The notes under the pieces were generated by a model that saw nothing but the letters and a program-made list of their open reading frames with translations, ran no database searches and was not told where the DNA came from. This document shows positions 1-13,900 of a stretch of 64,000 nucleotides of DNA, one piece after another. Position numbers and translations under genes: made by a program. The stretch is from the NCBI GenBank assembly GCA_951406725.2, contig OX597816.1, forward strand, positions 105,338,001-105,402,000. Reading direction: 5' to 3'. Every line of letters begins with the position of its first letter. The first letter of the stretch is position 1. The stretch comes from Octopus vulgaris (Eukaryota).

Positions 1-911
1 GATGCATTTTCCATTCTGAAACAGTCCTGGAAGTGATTTGAAGTGATGCTTTTTAATATCTCTATTATATTTTTCTTTGCCTCTTTCACATCTGCAAAAT
101 GTTTTCTTTTAAGGACTTTTTTTCATTCAGAGGAACAAAAAAAAGTTGCAGGGGGCAAGATCAGGTGAATAGAGAAGGTGGGTAAATGGGGTCATACCAC
201 TCTTGGTCAAAAAGTGTCTCACACTCAAGGCAGTGTGCAATGGTGCATTGTCATGACGAAACCACCACTCTCCACTTTTTCACTGGTTGGGGTGTTTTTG
301 TCTCGTCATGACTTGAAAACAATTCAGAACTGCCAAATAAAATGTCTCGTTGACAGTTTGACCAGGAGGAACAAATACTGTGTAGACAATCCTTTCACAT
401 CAATGAAACAAATCAGCATCATCTTGACACTGGACTTCACTTGATACACTTTTTGGAGGCATGGTGACATTGATCCAAGATCAGTTCATGAATTTTTGTG
501 ATGTTTTCATTCATTTGGGAGGCTGACGGTCACCCTGAAAGAGATTCGTATTCAAACAACAAGTGACCATTTCTAAAGCATGAAAATCACTCATAAACTT
601 GTGTTTTTGCTCATAGCAGAGTCCTTGTAAGCTATTTGAAGCATGAGAACTGTTTCAGTCACCATTTCCCCAGCAGAAACAGCATTTCATGGAAGCATGC
701 TGCTTCAGCTACTGAAAGATTCAATGAACAGGGGAGAAGCACTGTAAAAGAAAAACATACCATGTGGCAGTACAACTCTACCCAACACTAATGGTCAGCA
801 GACTGATACATAAGGGTCACATCAAGTGGCTTCTGGTGGTGGAAGCCGGAACTAACACAGGCTTGTCCCACAGAGAACATTTCCAGTTACTTTTGGGCAC
901 CCCCTTGTGTA
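1..911 (-). mobile_element. Degenerate Tc1/mariner (mariner-type) DNA transposon, truncated by the window edge
   Basis: Minus-strand translation near 130-185 gives HLLYSPDLAPCNFF, containing the mariner YSPDLAP motif. A mariner-like terminal repeat (ccagttacttttgggcacccccttgtgta) lies at about 883-911. No intact ORF. Confidence 0.75.
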
Positions 912-1194
912 TGGTGAATATAAGGAGTTATAATCCAAGTCGTGTCTTCATAAAACACATCTTCATGTTCACACTAATCCAATATATGTACAGAGATGTT
1001 TTATTTTAAATGTGATATACAAATCAACTGAAATTTTTGGTGAATTCAGTCTGCAGAGTAATTACATATTAACACAGAAGATTGAAAAATATATATCAAA
1101 TTATTCCAGTAGACTGTTTTAATATGTTTTGTGTGTGCATGCATATGAAGTGTTCAAAACAAGATGGAAAAAAACCCAGTAAAATAACACTTAC

Positions 1195-1347
1195 TTTAAG
1201 AGTATAGCCTTTAGGTATTGATGTAGAACCTTTCTCTGAGCTTTTACGAGGATTTTGTCATAAGCTTTTGGTCGGAGATGTACAAAATCATTATTATAAT
1301 CTTCTAAAGTAGCACAAATAGTTTTCACAGCATCACTACTTAACATC
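1195..1347 (-). CDS. EXOC3: EXOC3 coding exon 19
   Basis: (W)[51 protein letters not shown]; TAG acceptor, GTAAGT donor. Confidence 0.9.
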
Positions 1348-4300
1348 CTAAAGAAAGAAACGTCATTACAAATTATAGCTTTTATTCTCAATAACAAAAC
1401 AACTACTACTTGCCTGGTGGGTTTCAGAAAGGAGCTTTATACTTGCTGTTTAGAAATTCTATGTAGATACAGATATGGCTTTGTGGTCAAGCAGTTTCCT
1501 TTACAACCACATGGTTTCAAGTTCAAGCCCACTGTACAGCACCTTGGACAAGTGAGTGCTTTCTACTATAATCTTAGGTTGACCAATAGATTGTGAGTGA
1601 AACTTGATAAGTAAAAACTGTGTAGAAGCACAACATCAGACCTAAAATATCTTTCCTTAGCCTAGATTTTTTATACATTGCAAAATAGGGTAATTTATTT
1701 AAGATGGCTGTGTCCATATGAAAAATGTGCTTGCATGTTTCAGCATATATAATAGCATACTGTAATATGTAATAATGATGAATCTTTATTTTGCATAAGG
1801 TTTCTTAGTCTTGTATATAAACTGCACACAGATTTTTCCAAATTGAAGTTGAGTAGGAAAATGTGTGATCAATGAGTAAACATTGTGTGTGTGTGTGTGT
1901 GTGTTTAAGCTGGATTAAAAATCAAAACTCAAAATCAAAGTAAATCAAGATTGAAATCAGAATGGAAATTGTAGTTGTGGCTGATGCCAATGCTGCTTGA
2001 CTGGTTCCCCATGCCGGTGGCATGTAAAAAGCACCATCTGATTGGGAGTCAATGCCAGTCCCCCCGACTGGCTTCTGTCTTGGTTGTATATAAAAAAGCA
2101 CCATCTAAACATGGTCGATACCAGTGCTGCCTGACTGGCTCATGTGCCGGTGGCATGTAAAAAGCATCCACTACACTCTCAGAGTGGTTAGCGTTAGGAA
2201 GGGCATCCAGCTGTAGAAACCTTGCCAGATCAGATTAGAGCCTGGTGCAGCTTACTGGCTTGCCAGTCTCCAGTCAAACCATCCAACCTATGCCAGTATG
2301 GAAAACGGATGTTAAACAATAATGATAATCAGCACTGCCAATGACTGTGTGTTTGTGCAAAACTACGTTTTGACCAAAATTTTGATGTGCTGTACATTCA
2401 GGTGAATTTGTTGTATGTTATAGTGATCTTGCCATTGGATTTTAAAATTCAGGTTTTGACTCATTGATTGATTGATTTTTCACATATGCATATTTGTGAG
2501 CTTAATAAAAATAAAAGTACGCCCAGTCTGCTTTCGCAAACACGTCTGCATGCACACACATGTTGACTAATGCGGTCAAGGGCTGAGTGTAGGAGTATTC
2601 ACAATAAGGTATTTTCTTGAAAGTGTGGATCTGACACTAGATGTTTATCTTGGTAGACTGGTCTGAAAGTTGATCTTGAAGAAAATTTATAAATGGATAA
2701 TTATCCAGAGTATCATGATCTCTATCATGTGAAAGCATTACTTATTTTCCTGTATGATAATCTAAGGCAAATATATTACTTTAATCCCTCAATAACAACA
2801 CATAATTCATGTAGTGGATGATGGGTTTATCAACATATGCAATTATAATCAAGACATAAGTTGTTAACCAATGAAGAGATGGTGTATATTGTTAAAGATA
2901 TCAAAAGTAATTCTAATTTACCATTGTTTGGTCATGAGTTGTTCTAAGTGACCACTTGTATGTAAATCCAACAACACCACATCTAATAAGATCTCTAACC
3001 TGGAAAAATAAATAAATATTCATTAAAACATATTTTTATAAAATGGAAAGTATTGAAAAGTAGAAGGATACTTTGAAAGAAATGAAGCTAGTATGCTTTG
3101 CTGTCAGTGTGCAATGTCAGTGTGCATGTACAACAAAGTATAAGCATCTCGAGAGAAAAGTTAGTATGGTCATGTGATGCATATGGACAAGGACAGCTGT
3201 GTAAAGAAGTGCCAATCTCTAATTGTGGAGGGAACCTGAGGAAGAGGTAGACCCAGGAAGACATGGGATGAGGTGGTGAAGCATGATATTCAAAAGTTGG
3301 GCCTCACAGAGGCAATGACTAGTGACTTTGGTGATATGCCATGCTTGAGAAGACCTGTGAAGCCAAGTGAAATTGTAGTTGTAGCTGATGCTGTTGTTAT
3401 ATAACAGGTACCTGTGCTGGTGGCATGTAAAAAGCACCTTTCAAGTGTTGGGCCTCAAACAGGCAATGTGGCCGATGCTGGTGTCAGGTAACTAGCACCT
3501 GTACCAGTGGCACATAAAAAGTACCTTTCGAGCGTTGGGCCTCACGGAGGCAATGCGACCAATACCGGTGTTGCATAACTAGCATCTGTGCCAGTGTTGT
3601 GTAACTAGCACTGTTCAAGCGTTGAGCCTCATGGAAGCAATGACAAATGACCGAGACTTTCAGCAATATGCTGTGCTTGAGTAGAAGACCCATCAAGCTA
3701 AGTGAAATTGTAATTGTGTGGCAGATACTAGTGTCATGCAACAGGCACCCAGATACTCATTACACTCTCTGAGTGGTTGGCATTAGGAAAGGCATCCAGC
3801 CATAGATACCAAGTCAAATTAGACTGGAGTCTGTGCAGTCCCTCAGCTTGTCAGTCCTGGTCAAACCATCCAACCCATGCCAGCATGGACAACAGATGTT
3901 AAATGACAATGATGATGATAGTAAACACTGGTTCACATAGTTGATAGTTCTCTGATTACAAAGAATATAACAAATTGAAGCCACTTCTAAACAGGAATCA
4001 AATGTAAGTCATAATTTCAGTTCAATTCAATAATAAAGCTGAAACACTGGAGCAAGAAATGGTCCTCCAATCCACTGAATTCTGTCAAACCATCCAGACC
4101 ATATCAACATGGAAAGTAGCTGTAAAATGACGATGAGATAACATACTTGAGGATATTTTTACTACTGTTCAATGCAAATTTAACATCAAAATTTAACTAT
4201 TATTTGAAATACATATAAAAAGGAATACCCAAACTCTCCGACATCAGTAAACTTATCAGCAAGTTGAAGGAAATTATCTTTGCGTATCATATTGAGATCA

Positions 4301-5540
4301 TCTTCATCTTCTGTACGTAGATTTTCTTGACCTTCTAGCTCCAAAAACCGTTTACGAAGTTGTCTGACATAACCGGCAAATGCCAAACAGTTGTTGACGT
4401 GAGCAATCTGGTGAGAAACACAAAAAAAAAACAATAAAAAAATTTTAATTTTTATCTTGAAAAAATCTCTTGATAAAAGGCAGATTTTCTCTGCCTCCCA
4501 AATAGTTTGTTTTTTATACAATTGTACAATATAGAATTTCTTCAATTGGAATTTACCTACGATTTTTACAAGTAGATTCGATTGGGTCATGGCATGTAAA
4601 GTTTTTTCTATTTGACCCCCAATTAAGCAAAAATTCGAGAAAAGTAAATATTTCACGATTTGCCTCTCTAATTTCAACTGCTTCACTCATGCTATCACCC
4701 TAATTTCTCCTACTTTCTCTTTGCAAGTGTACCTTAAACCACTACTCAAAAAAAAATACACAGCAAACAGAAACAAATAAATACATAACGATTTACTCCT
4801 CACACAATTTCTTCAATTAGAGTTTACCTATGATTTTTCCAAGTATATTCCATTCGGTCATGGCATACAAATTTCTTTCAATTTGACCCCCAATTAAGCA
4901 AAAATTCGAGAAAACTCAATATTTTACGATTTCCCTCTCTCACTTCAAAGGCTTTACTCTGCCTATTACTCCCACTTCCTCTTTACACACATAGACACGC
5001 AAACATATACATATATGACAGTGTCAATTGTTGAAAGAAAATTGTAAGCTAACGTGTGTGTGTGTGTGTGTGTGTGTGAGACAGGGATGAACCATTCATA
5101 CTGGTCATCCTTTTTGCTAGAGGAAGATCCGCTATGGTCCTATATGCTACACCACTGGTTTTCAATTCATATTAATCAAATTAATATTCAATTTTTCACC
5201 CTTATTATGTGTGTGTGTGTGTATTAGCAATTTGTATAAAATTGCATCAAAGACTTGAACAAGTGGTTTCACATAAATGGGGATAAATTAAAAAGGTTTG
5301 TTGTTAGTATTATTACTGTTTGACTATTGTAATCACGTTTGTTGGTTCCTCGCCAGGGAAACATTGTTGTGTTGCATTTGTTAAATAATTGTAAACCGTA
5401 ACCCTCCCCCTTTCGGAGAAGGGGCTTTGGTTATTGTTTCAAAATTGAATTGTGTCCCTGTTTGGGGAAATTGACAATATTTTCACCGTCTTTACACATA
5501 TATATATACACATATATACATGCATAATATATCTACCCAT

Positions 5541-5573
<33 letters not shown>

Positions 5574-7904
5574 TACATAGGGGCAGGTGTGGCTGTGTGG
5601 TAACAAACTACGTTCGAAGATACTGTACTTGATATGGGCGGTAGTGCCTTGCCGGTCTATGGCCTACCTTCAACAAACCGGGAAGGCACAAACACTCTGT
5701 CTTCACATTTGCTGCGTGAGACATGTTTTAATGTTGATGAGCTTGCCGAGTACATAGCCAACAATGAGCCAAAGCTCCTTCCAGAACACAAGTTCGCTTA
5801 CAACTCCGTTGTTAATTCAGTCCAAGCCAAAACTGGGAGGATTTTTGTCCTGGACGCTCCTGGGGCACTGGGAAAACTTTTGTCAACAAATTAACATTGG
5901 CTGAGATTAGGCGAACACAAGGCATTGCCCTAGCTGTGGCATCATCTGGAATTGTGGCTACTTTGTTGCCAGGTGGCAGGACAGCTCACTCCACTTTCAA
6001 GCTTCCGCTTCACTTAACGAAGACTGAGACACCAACTTGCAACATCAATAACAGCTCCGATCAGGCAGAAGTCTTCAGACGATGCAAGCTTATTGTTTGG
6101 GATGAATGCACGATAGCCCACAGACGTGCTCTTGAGGCACTAGATAGATCTCTCAGAGACATCAAACACTCTTCAGCTCCCATGGGAGGCATAACACTTC
6201 TTCTTTCAGGGGACTTCCAACAAACACTTCCCGTTATTCCCAAAGGGACTAGAGCTGATGCAGTAAGTGCGTGTCTTAAGTCATCCACATTGTGGCCACT
6301 GGTGAAGACTCTCAAACTTCACACCAATATGCATGCTCATATGCAACGTAATATCACATCAGCAGCATTTTCTCACACCCTCCTTGCACTTGGCGAAGGC
6401 AAAATACCAGGGGATGAAAATGGTAATATTGCCATCGATTCCATTTGTACCATTGTCAAAACGCCTTCTGATCTCAGAGATGCAGTGTTCCCAGATCTAC
6501 AAGCTAATTATCAGAATATGGATTGGATTGGCCAAAGGGCTATTCTGGCCCTGAGGAATAAAACTGTTCACCATATTAATGATGAAATGCTAAAACTCAT
6601 TCCTGGGGAAGTCTATGTATATAAGTCTATCGATACAACTCCTGACCCAGAGGACATCATCAACTATCCAATAGAGGTACTCAATTCCTTTGAGCACCCC
6701 GGATTACCACCACACATTCTCAAACTTAAAGTTGGTGCCCCTATAATGCTCATTAGAAATTTGGTTCCCCCAAAACAATGCAATGGCACACATTTGATCG
6801 TTAAGTCCTTATCTCCCACCGTAAACTTATATCAATATTTGCCTGAATAATCATCAGAATTCAGTGCAATCATTAACAGTACTTTCAAGCAATTCAGCCC
6901 CGAGCATCGCCGGGCAATTCTGCTAGTATTATATAAAATAATGTGTCAAAATGTTAGTGTTAAACCTCTGACCACATAGGCAGAAGTTAATATCTTGTTG
7001 TGCACTTCAGCAAGGCATCTGATACTGCTTGCCTGACAGAACTAAAATGAAACTAGCTCCCCTCCTCTTTCATGATTGACTGAGTGCTTAAAAAGGTATC
7101 AAAGTATAAAAATATACAAATATTAAGGGAGGAAAATAGATATGTTTGTTTTTTAATGAAAGAATTAGAACTATCAAAATGCTTTATTCACAAGAAGTAC
7201 TTGTAAGACAAAAGAAAAATGAGCTGAAAGATAAAGAAAAGGAACCAATTTTCTGCCACTATTGATTAAAATAATGGGCATTAGTACAAGTAAATTATAA
7301 AATAGACAAGTGTGAAGAATATCTAAATATTATAAGAATAAAATTATTTTTTTCCATGAGAAATTGTTAGGAATAACCACAAGGAATAAATAAACATTTA
7401 TCATTTGCTCAACTACACATCCAGTGGAAGACCATTCTGTCTTTTTGTCTTTTGCAATGACCATTCTGGGTTTTTTTTTTCTTTGCCTTTTGCAATGACC
7501 ATCCTGTTTTTTTATCTTTTGCAATGACAACCCTGTCTTTTTTGTCTCTCCAGGACTAAAGTGTATAATTAGTTAGAGATAAAATAGTTATATAAATAAT
7601 TTATGAGACAACTAATTCACAATTTATGAATTCAAATCCACTGCAAACTTTCATTGTTTCTAAAAGACAGTACTATATAACAAGTACAATAGGAATAAGC
7701 ACTATATTATCTGGGAATGCTACCAACAAAAGATGGACATCAACTCCAAGAAGAGATGTATTTCTCATCCACATCAGAATATAAACTCAAAAGCCTTATA
7801 TGTTTAAGAGATATTTATTTAAAAGATTTATGCTTAGCTGAAATAAAAAGATAAAAAGGTGCCATTTTACTGGTTAATAGTTCACCTGCTATACCTCATG
7901 CAGC

Positions 7905-7945
<41 letters not shown>

Positions 7946-10900
7946 ATATACATCTTTTTCTCTTTTACTTGTTTCAGTCATTTGACTGCAGCCATGCTGG
8001 AGCACCACCTTTAGTCAAGCAAATTGACCCCAGGACTTATTCTTTGTAAGCCTAGTACTTATTCTATCGGTTTCTTTTGCTGAACCGCTAAGTTACGGGG
8101 ATGTAAACACACCACCATCGGTTGTCAAGCGATGTTGGGGGACAAACATAGGCACACAAACATATGTATACATGTGTTTTTAAATGTCTGCTAAGCCTTA
8201 AGTGCCTTTTTAAGGATCAGTACCCAAACTCCAATTATATAGTATAAGACAGATGAGAAATAAATCTCTCCATGGATAGGATGCTAGGTTATATTCCCAA
8301 ATGTCCTGCTACTTATTTCCAACAGCTATGTGAGTAGAAGCAATGGTCAACTATCTGAACAATAGTAAAGTGAACTGTAAGAATTATCTCTTAATTGAAC
8401 TGAAGTAACACCAATAGCAAATTTGAACACATAACCTGCTGAATATTGTCAATAACACTCAGTCAATAACAACAACTTTTTGTCAATAACTACTGTCAAT
8501 AACACTCACTTTTATTATGTTTAGAATAGCAGTAGCACTGCATAAAAGGCAAGTTTTCTAACAAACTGACAGTTTTGTGCTGAAACTTTCCAACATTAAT
8601 TTACATGTGGAGAAGATAAGATTCTACCAAGCAAGGTTTCTTTAGATATTCTACATAATGACATTTTCAATGGTTCAGATAACCATGATTAATTAGTATA
8701 TTGTACATGCTGAATAATAAATTCAAATTGTGGATTTTCACTTTTGTACTATAAGAAATACGAGTAAAAATAAACAAACGATTACCATGTATTGAGGAAA
8801 ATATATTGATTCATTGCGATTACCAATGTGTCTTTCTTTGTAGACTTTCATCTCAACTGGAAGTAGGAGAAAAAAACAGCTATTAATATGTATTAAGATA
8901 TTATCATCATCATCACTATTACTATTTTTATTGAGCTGAAACAAAAGCAGCAAGCTGGAAGAGTCCTTAGAGACTAAAAAAGAACAAAAACAAAATGCCT
9001 TGTGTTGCTTATTCCAACTCTTTATACTCTGAGCCCAACTCCTGCCAAGGTCAAATTTACTTTGTGTCACTTTCATTCATAAAGTAATACACCAGTCAAG
9101 TTGTGGTAGTGGTGGTGGTGTCAATGTAATTGACTGCCCCACTCTAGCCCTCAGAAGCACTAGCCTTATGCCTAAATTAAAAACATTAATACTATTATTA
9201 TTTACTTTTAATCTGCATGCTTGTTACAATCACTTGCCAAGATACACCCAGTGTCCTAGAGCGAGTGAAGGATAAGAGATGTTACAGCATGACTGAAAGT
9301 TTGGGGAGGGGAAGTGGCAGGGGAAGTAGCAAAATATCTTCATGTAATACAACACAGACATTTAAATTGATAGGGTTTTTCTAAGGATTTGGGCAGTATT
9401 TGTCAGCACAATCTTGATATCAAATCACTCGACTGTTAGTTAATCATCATCATCATTTAACATCTATGTTCCATGCTGGCATGGGTTGGATGGTTTGACA
9501 GGATCCAAAAGAATTTAAGGACTGCATCATGCTCCATTGTCTATTTTGGCATGATTTCTATGGCTGGATACCCTTCCTATGCCAACCACTTTATATTTCG
9601 ATGCTTTTTTCATGCCACCAGCAATACCAAGGTTGCAATGCAGCTCACAGGATGATGAACCCTGGAGTGGGGGTGGAGGTGGCTCAGTTACAAATTCATA
9701 CTTTTGTGTGGCTATAAGAAATCACTGTTATTACTAAGAATAAACAAAGAGTGGAAAAAGGTAAATGTTCAACATGGCAGGAGAGATATGGCAAATATTT
9801 TCAATGATGGAGAAAATGTATATCTGGCAGATACTCTTTTACTTGTTTCAGTCATTTGACTGCGGCTATGCTGGAGCACCACCTTTAGCTGAGCAAATTG
9901 ACCCCAGGACTTATTCTTTGTAAGCCGAGTACTTATTCTATCGGACTCTTTTGCCGAACCACTAAGTTACAGGGATGTAAACACACCAGCATCGGTTGTC
10001 AAGCAATTTTGGGGGGACAAACACACACACACATATATATACATATACATACATACGACAGGTTTCTTTCAGTTTCCGCCTACCATATCCACTCACAAGG
10101 CTTTGGTCGGCCCGAGGCTACAGTAGATGACACTTGCCCAAGGTGCCATGCAGTGGAATTGAACCTGGAACCATGTGGTTGGTAAGCAAGCTACTTACCA
10201 CACAGCCACTCCTGCGCCTGTTGATATTCACAGAAGAAATACCAGGGAGCTTAAAATATTATACTTAAATGATTTGACTTATGAATTACTGTTAACAGTT
10301 CAACAGGATATGATGAGTCACAGGACTGTATATCAAGCTGACACTGAAGCTCAACACAGTCCTCATAAACATTGGATCCAATTGAACCATCCTACCTATG
10401 CCAGCATAGAAGATGGACATATGATGATGATGATGATGATGACTGGTAGTGGATAGAAGACAGCATAAAATTTTGATAAAAAATATTCAACAGAAGTTTT
10501 TTTCTTAATAAAGAAGAAAAAATTGCTGGAAACAATTCAACTTATTCAATTCATGCCAAAACTGTAAAATTAATAAAGAACCATACATAATGTAGATGGT
10601 GTAATAAAATATGAAACTAGAAATGTGTTGTGACTTAAGTAAATGAGAAAAGGTGTTTTATATACTCAGTTTATCTTTTGCCAAATCAGTCCAAAAATAG
10701 AGAAGAGAAAAATTTAATCTGTTGAAAAAAACAAGTTTAGTCTACTTACACTTGTAATCATTTGCAAATCCACTGAGATTTTCGACAAACAGCATAATGA
10801 CTTTCTTTGCTAATTCTGCACTCACTGTCTGAGCAACTTGCAACTAAACCAAATAAAATACAAAAAGGAACTTTGAAACAAAGTTTATAGAAAATGAACA

Positions 10901-13900
10901 AAGCTACACAACCCTTTTCCATTTGTGTGTGTGGGGGGGACTATATTCTGTTTTTCTATTTTCAAAAGAGCAGTGTATTTTCATACTTGTTTTGAGAGTA
11001 AATTTCAACTTTATTGTGGCTGTGAGTATATTTTAATTCAAAACTTAGCAAATGAAATTTTCCCTATCAGATATTTTTAAAGCAGATACTATCAAAGAAT
11101 AATTGCAGAATGAGCTATTTAACGTCATATGGCTGGAATATCCTATAAGTGAAATCAAAATAATTCTAAATGAAATATGTATTTAGTATCTACAGAATGT
11201 CCATAAATTACCTTTATAATTTGAAAAATTAAGAAAAAATTTTTAAATAAGGATAACTCAGCAGAGTTTATTGAAAAACAGAAGCAAACAAATTATATCT
11301 TTAATAAATAATATTTAACATTCAAAGAAGTTGAATGATGGATCTCAACTTTTATAGATATAATAAATTGTGGATGTTGTAAAGATAATTTATGGACACT
11401 GAGTATTTTAAAATCTGCCTTTTATTTAAACAAGAAAGACAAAATTAATCTGTTCAGAAAATGATAAGACTTGTTCCTTCAAGAAACTTGCTAACTCAAC
11501 TTACATTCTGATCAACCATCTCAAAAATAATAAGTGTCATTGGTGTACTGTAGTATTTATCTTTATCTTGCTCAGGTAACTCTTCTTTGAACCAGTCCTA
11601 CAAATTAGGAATACATACATATTAATAAACTTCAAAATGCTTGCTTTATGATAGAAAAATACATAACATAAACATTTTAAATACAGATGTACAAATATCT
11701 TCACAAAATAAGGGTAGGTTTGAATGCACTGCATAACATCTTCAAAATATTTGATACCTAAATTAAATGAAACATGGAAGATTGGTTATTGTGCCAAGAG
11801 ATAACAAAGTACCCACAGCAGATGTGAACTCATGGTCCACAATATTGTGGACATTAGGTGTTCCATCATGTCATTTCTGCTCATCATCATCATCATTTCA
11901 TGCCAACAAGGGTTGAACAGGTTGTCATGGATCAAATGAATTCTGATTTAAAGTTACTGTTCTCCTATATGGATTGGAAACAATAACTTATTCATATAAT
12001 CCACTTCTGGGATAGTTTCTACAGCTTAATGCCCTTTCTACTGCCTACTACTTCACAAAGTTTAAAGGGTGAATTTTATTGTCCACTGGAAAATGTATTG
12101 TCCTTGACAAGACTAAAGCATCCCCTATACCAGCCACTTTACAGAATATTCTGCCTGCTTTTATCATAGCACCAGCACTGCATAGTTATTTTACCCCAGC
12201 AAGACTAAAGAGTCCTCCCTAAGTTGTCATCATTCATTTTCCAAACACTTTACTCTTGACATAAAACCTGCAAATGCTCAACATGCAAATATGTTTTCAC
12301 TGCCAACTCAATAACCAATAGTTACTGTACACTTAGTCATTAAGAAGTCAAAGCAGAAATTGGGAACAGAAATAATTTAAACATGAAGAAGATTTGGTGT
12401 AATGAAATGAGGTTTTTAAATAGCAATATTTATCTAAAACCAAAGAATAGGTACAAAAATAAAATAGTAGTCTATTAATTAGCTGGGAATCATGCTGTCT
12501 CTTTTCTTTACCTTTCCTACTACAGTATGTAGTATATATGGAAGTGCATGGTTTAGTGGTTGGGTGTTGTACTCCTGACCATAAGACTGTGGTTTCAATT
12601 TCTGAGCCAGGTGATGCACTGTGTTCATGAGCAAAATACTTCACTTCATGCTGCTCCAGTTCACTTGGCTAGCAAAAATGAGTGACTAACTGACATCCCA
12701 TCCAGTAAGGGAATATATACACCACAGAATCAAAGAAAACAGCCTTATGATCCAATGGCTTGGCAAGGAGTTTTGAGAAATAGTATAGGAGCTAACTGGT
12801 CTTGTGTCACTTCCATTCAAGTACTCCCAACTCGTTCATCTCTCTTCTTCCTTTCATCAACTATATTGTGTTTACCATCAAGGTTCATGCATTAACCACT
12901 GTAGTGCATTACTGTACTTGAGAAGACCTGCCCACCACAACAGAACTGACATCCTAAAATCAACAACAATTATGAGATATGAAATAAATGTTATATGGAA
13001 AATTTTTCCATGAAAGAAATAGACATGATCAAGAGCAATTTACCTTTTCATCACTTTTCAAGGCATTGTGAGTCCATTCTATAATATCTTTCCTTTTATT
13101 CTTTAAAAATCTGAAAAGAAATAACAGGATATTTTTATAATTATAATACAAATTACACTTTCTTCCTTAATTCCTTCAAGAATATATAAGACCAATAATA
13201 TTATATTATAATCTTTTTCCTATTGCTTAATGTCTAGCATCTAAATTTATAACAAATCTCTCAACCAGAAACTCAATTTTCTTTGACAAAAATAAAATTC
13301 AAGTTGATGAGATTAAATTTATATGCTCTTATTGTTATATTAATGTAAACGTTCATTCTTTTGTTTTAAGCTTGATTTTTTGTATTGGTAAAACCTGAAG
13401 GCAATATTCTTATGATCTGATGTTCTTTCAGACACCTATCTCTTCCTGCCTTACAAATAAATGGGTTTTTATTCCACTATTTTGAGAATGCAGAAAGCTA
13501 CAGGACATAATATTCACTGAGATTGTAAATATGATGTCACTATTTTTTCACTCAGATAATCTCATGCAAAGAGCAGAAATGATAACTTACACACATACAC
13601 ACATGACAAGCTTCCAAACAGTTTCCATAAACTAACTTCACTCACAAGGCATTAGTAGGTCCAAGGCAATAGAAGAACATACATATCCAAAGTGCTACAC
13701 TGATAATAAAAGCAAAATTAGGTCAACTGCACTTAGTCCATTAACTGCCCAGACACTTATTTTTCATATGATAAAAAATAAATAATAAAAAACTTACTCA
13801 TCTTGTAACATTTCAACCACATCATTTTCCAAGAGTGGCCCAAGGTCTTTGGTATCAAAATTTAATTCTGGGTTTTTCATAAGTTCTGGGGAACTGAAAG

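Noticed and set aside
4186-4686. 166 aa ORF as a standalone gene
   Set aside because: It is an EXOC3 exon extended by open intronic and Helitron sequence.
5897-6850. 317 aa PIF1-like ORF as a host helicase gene
   Set aside because: It is intronless, lacks an intact Walker A and the C-terminal motifs, and lies between Helitron termini.
9990-10220. tRNA gene suggested by A/B-box-like motifs
   Set aside because: It is a SINE head with no complete cloverleaf, present in many diverged copies.
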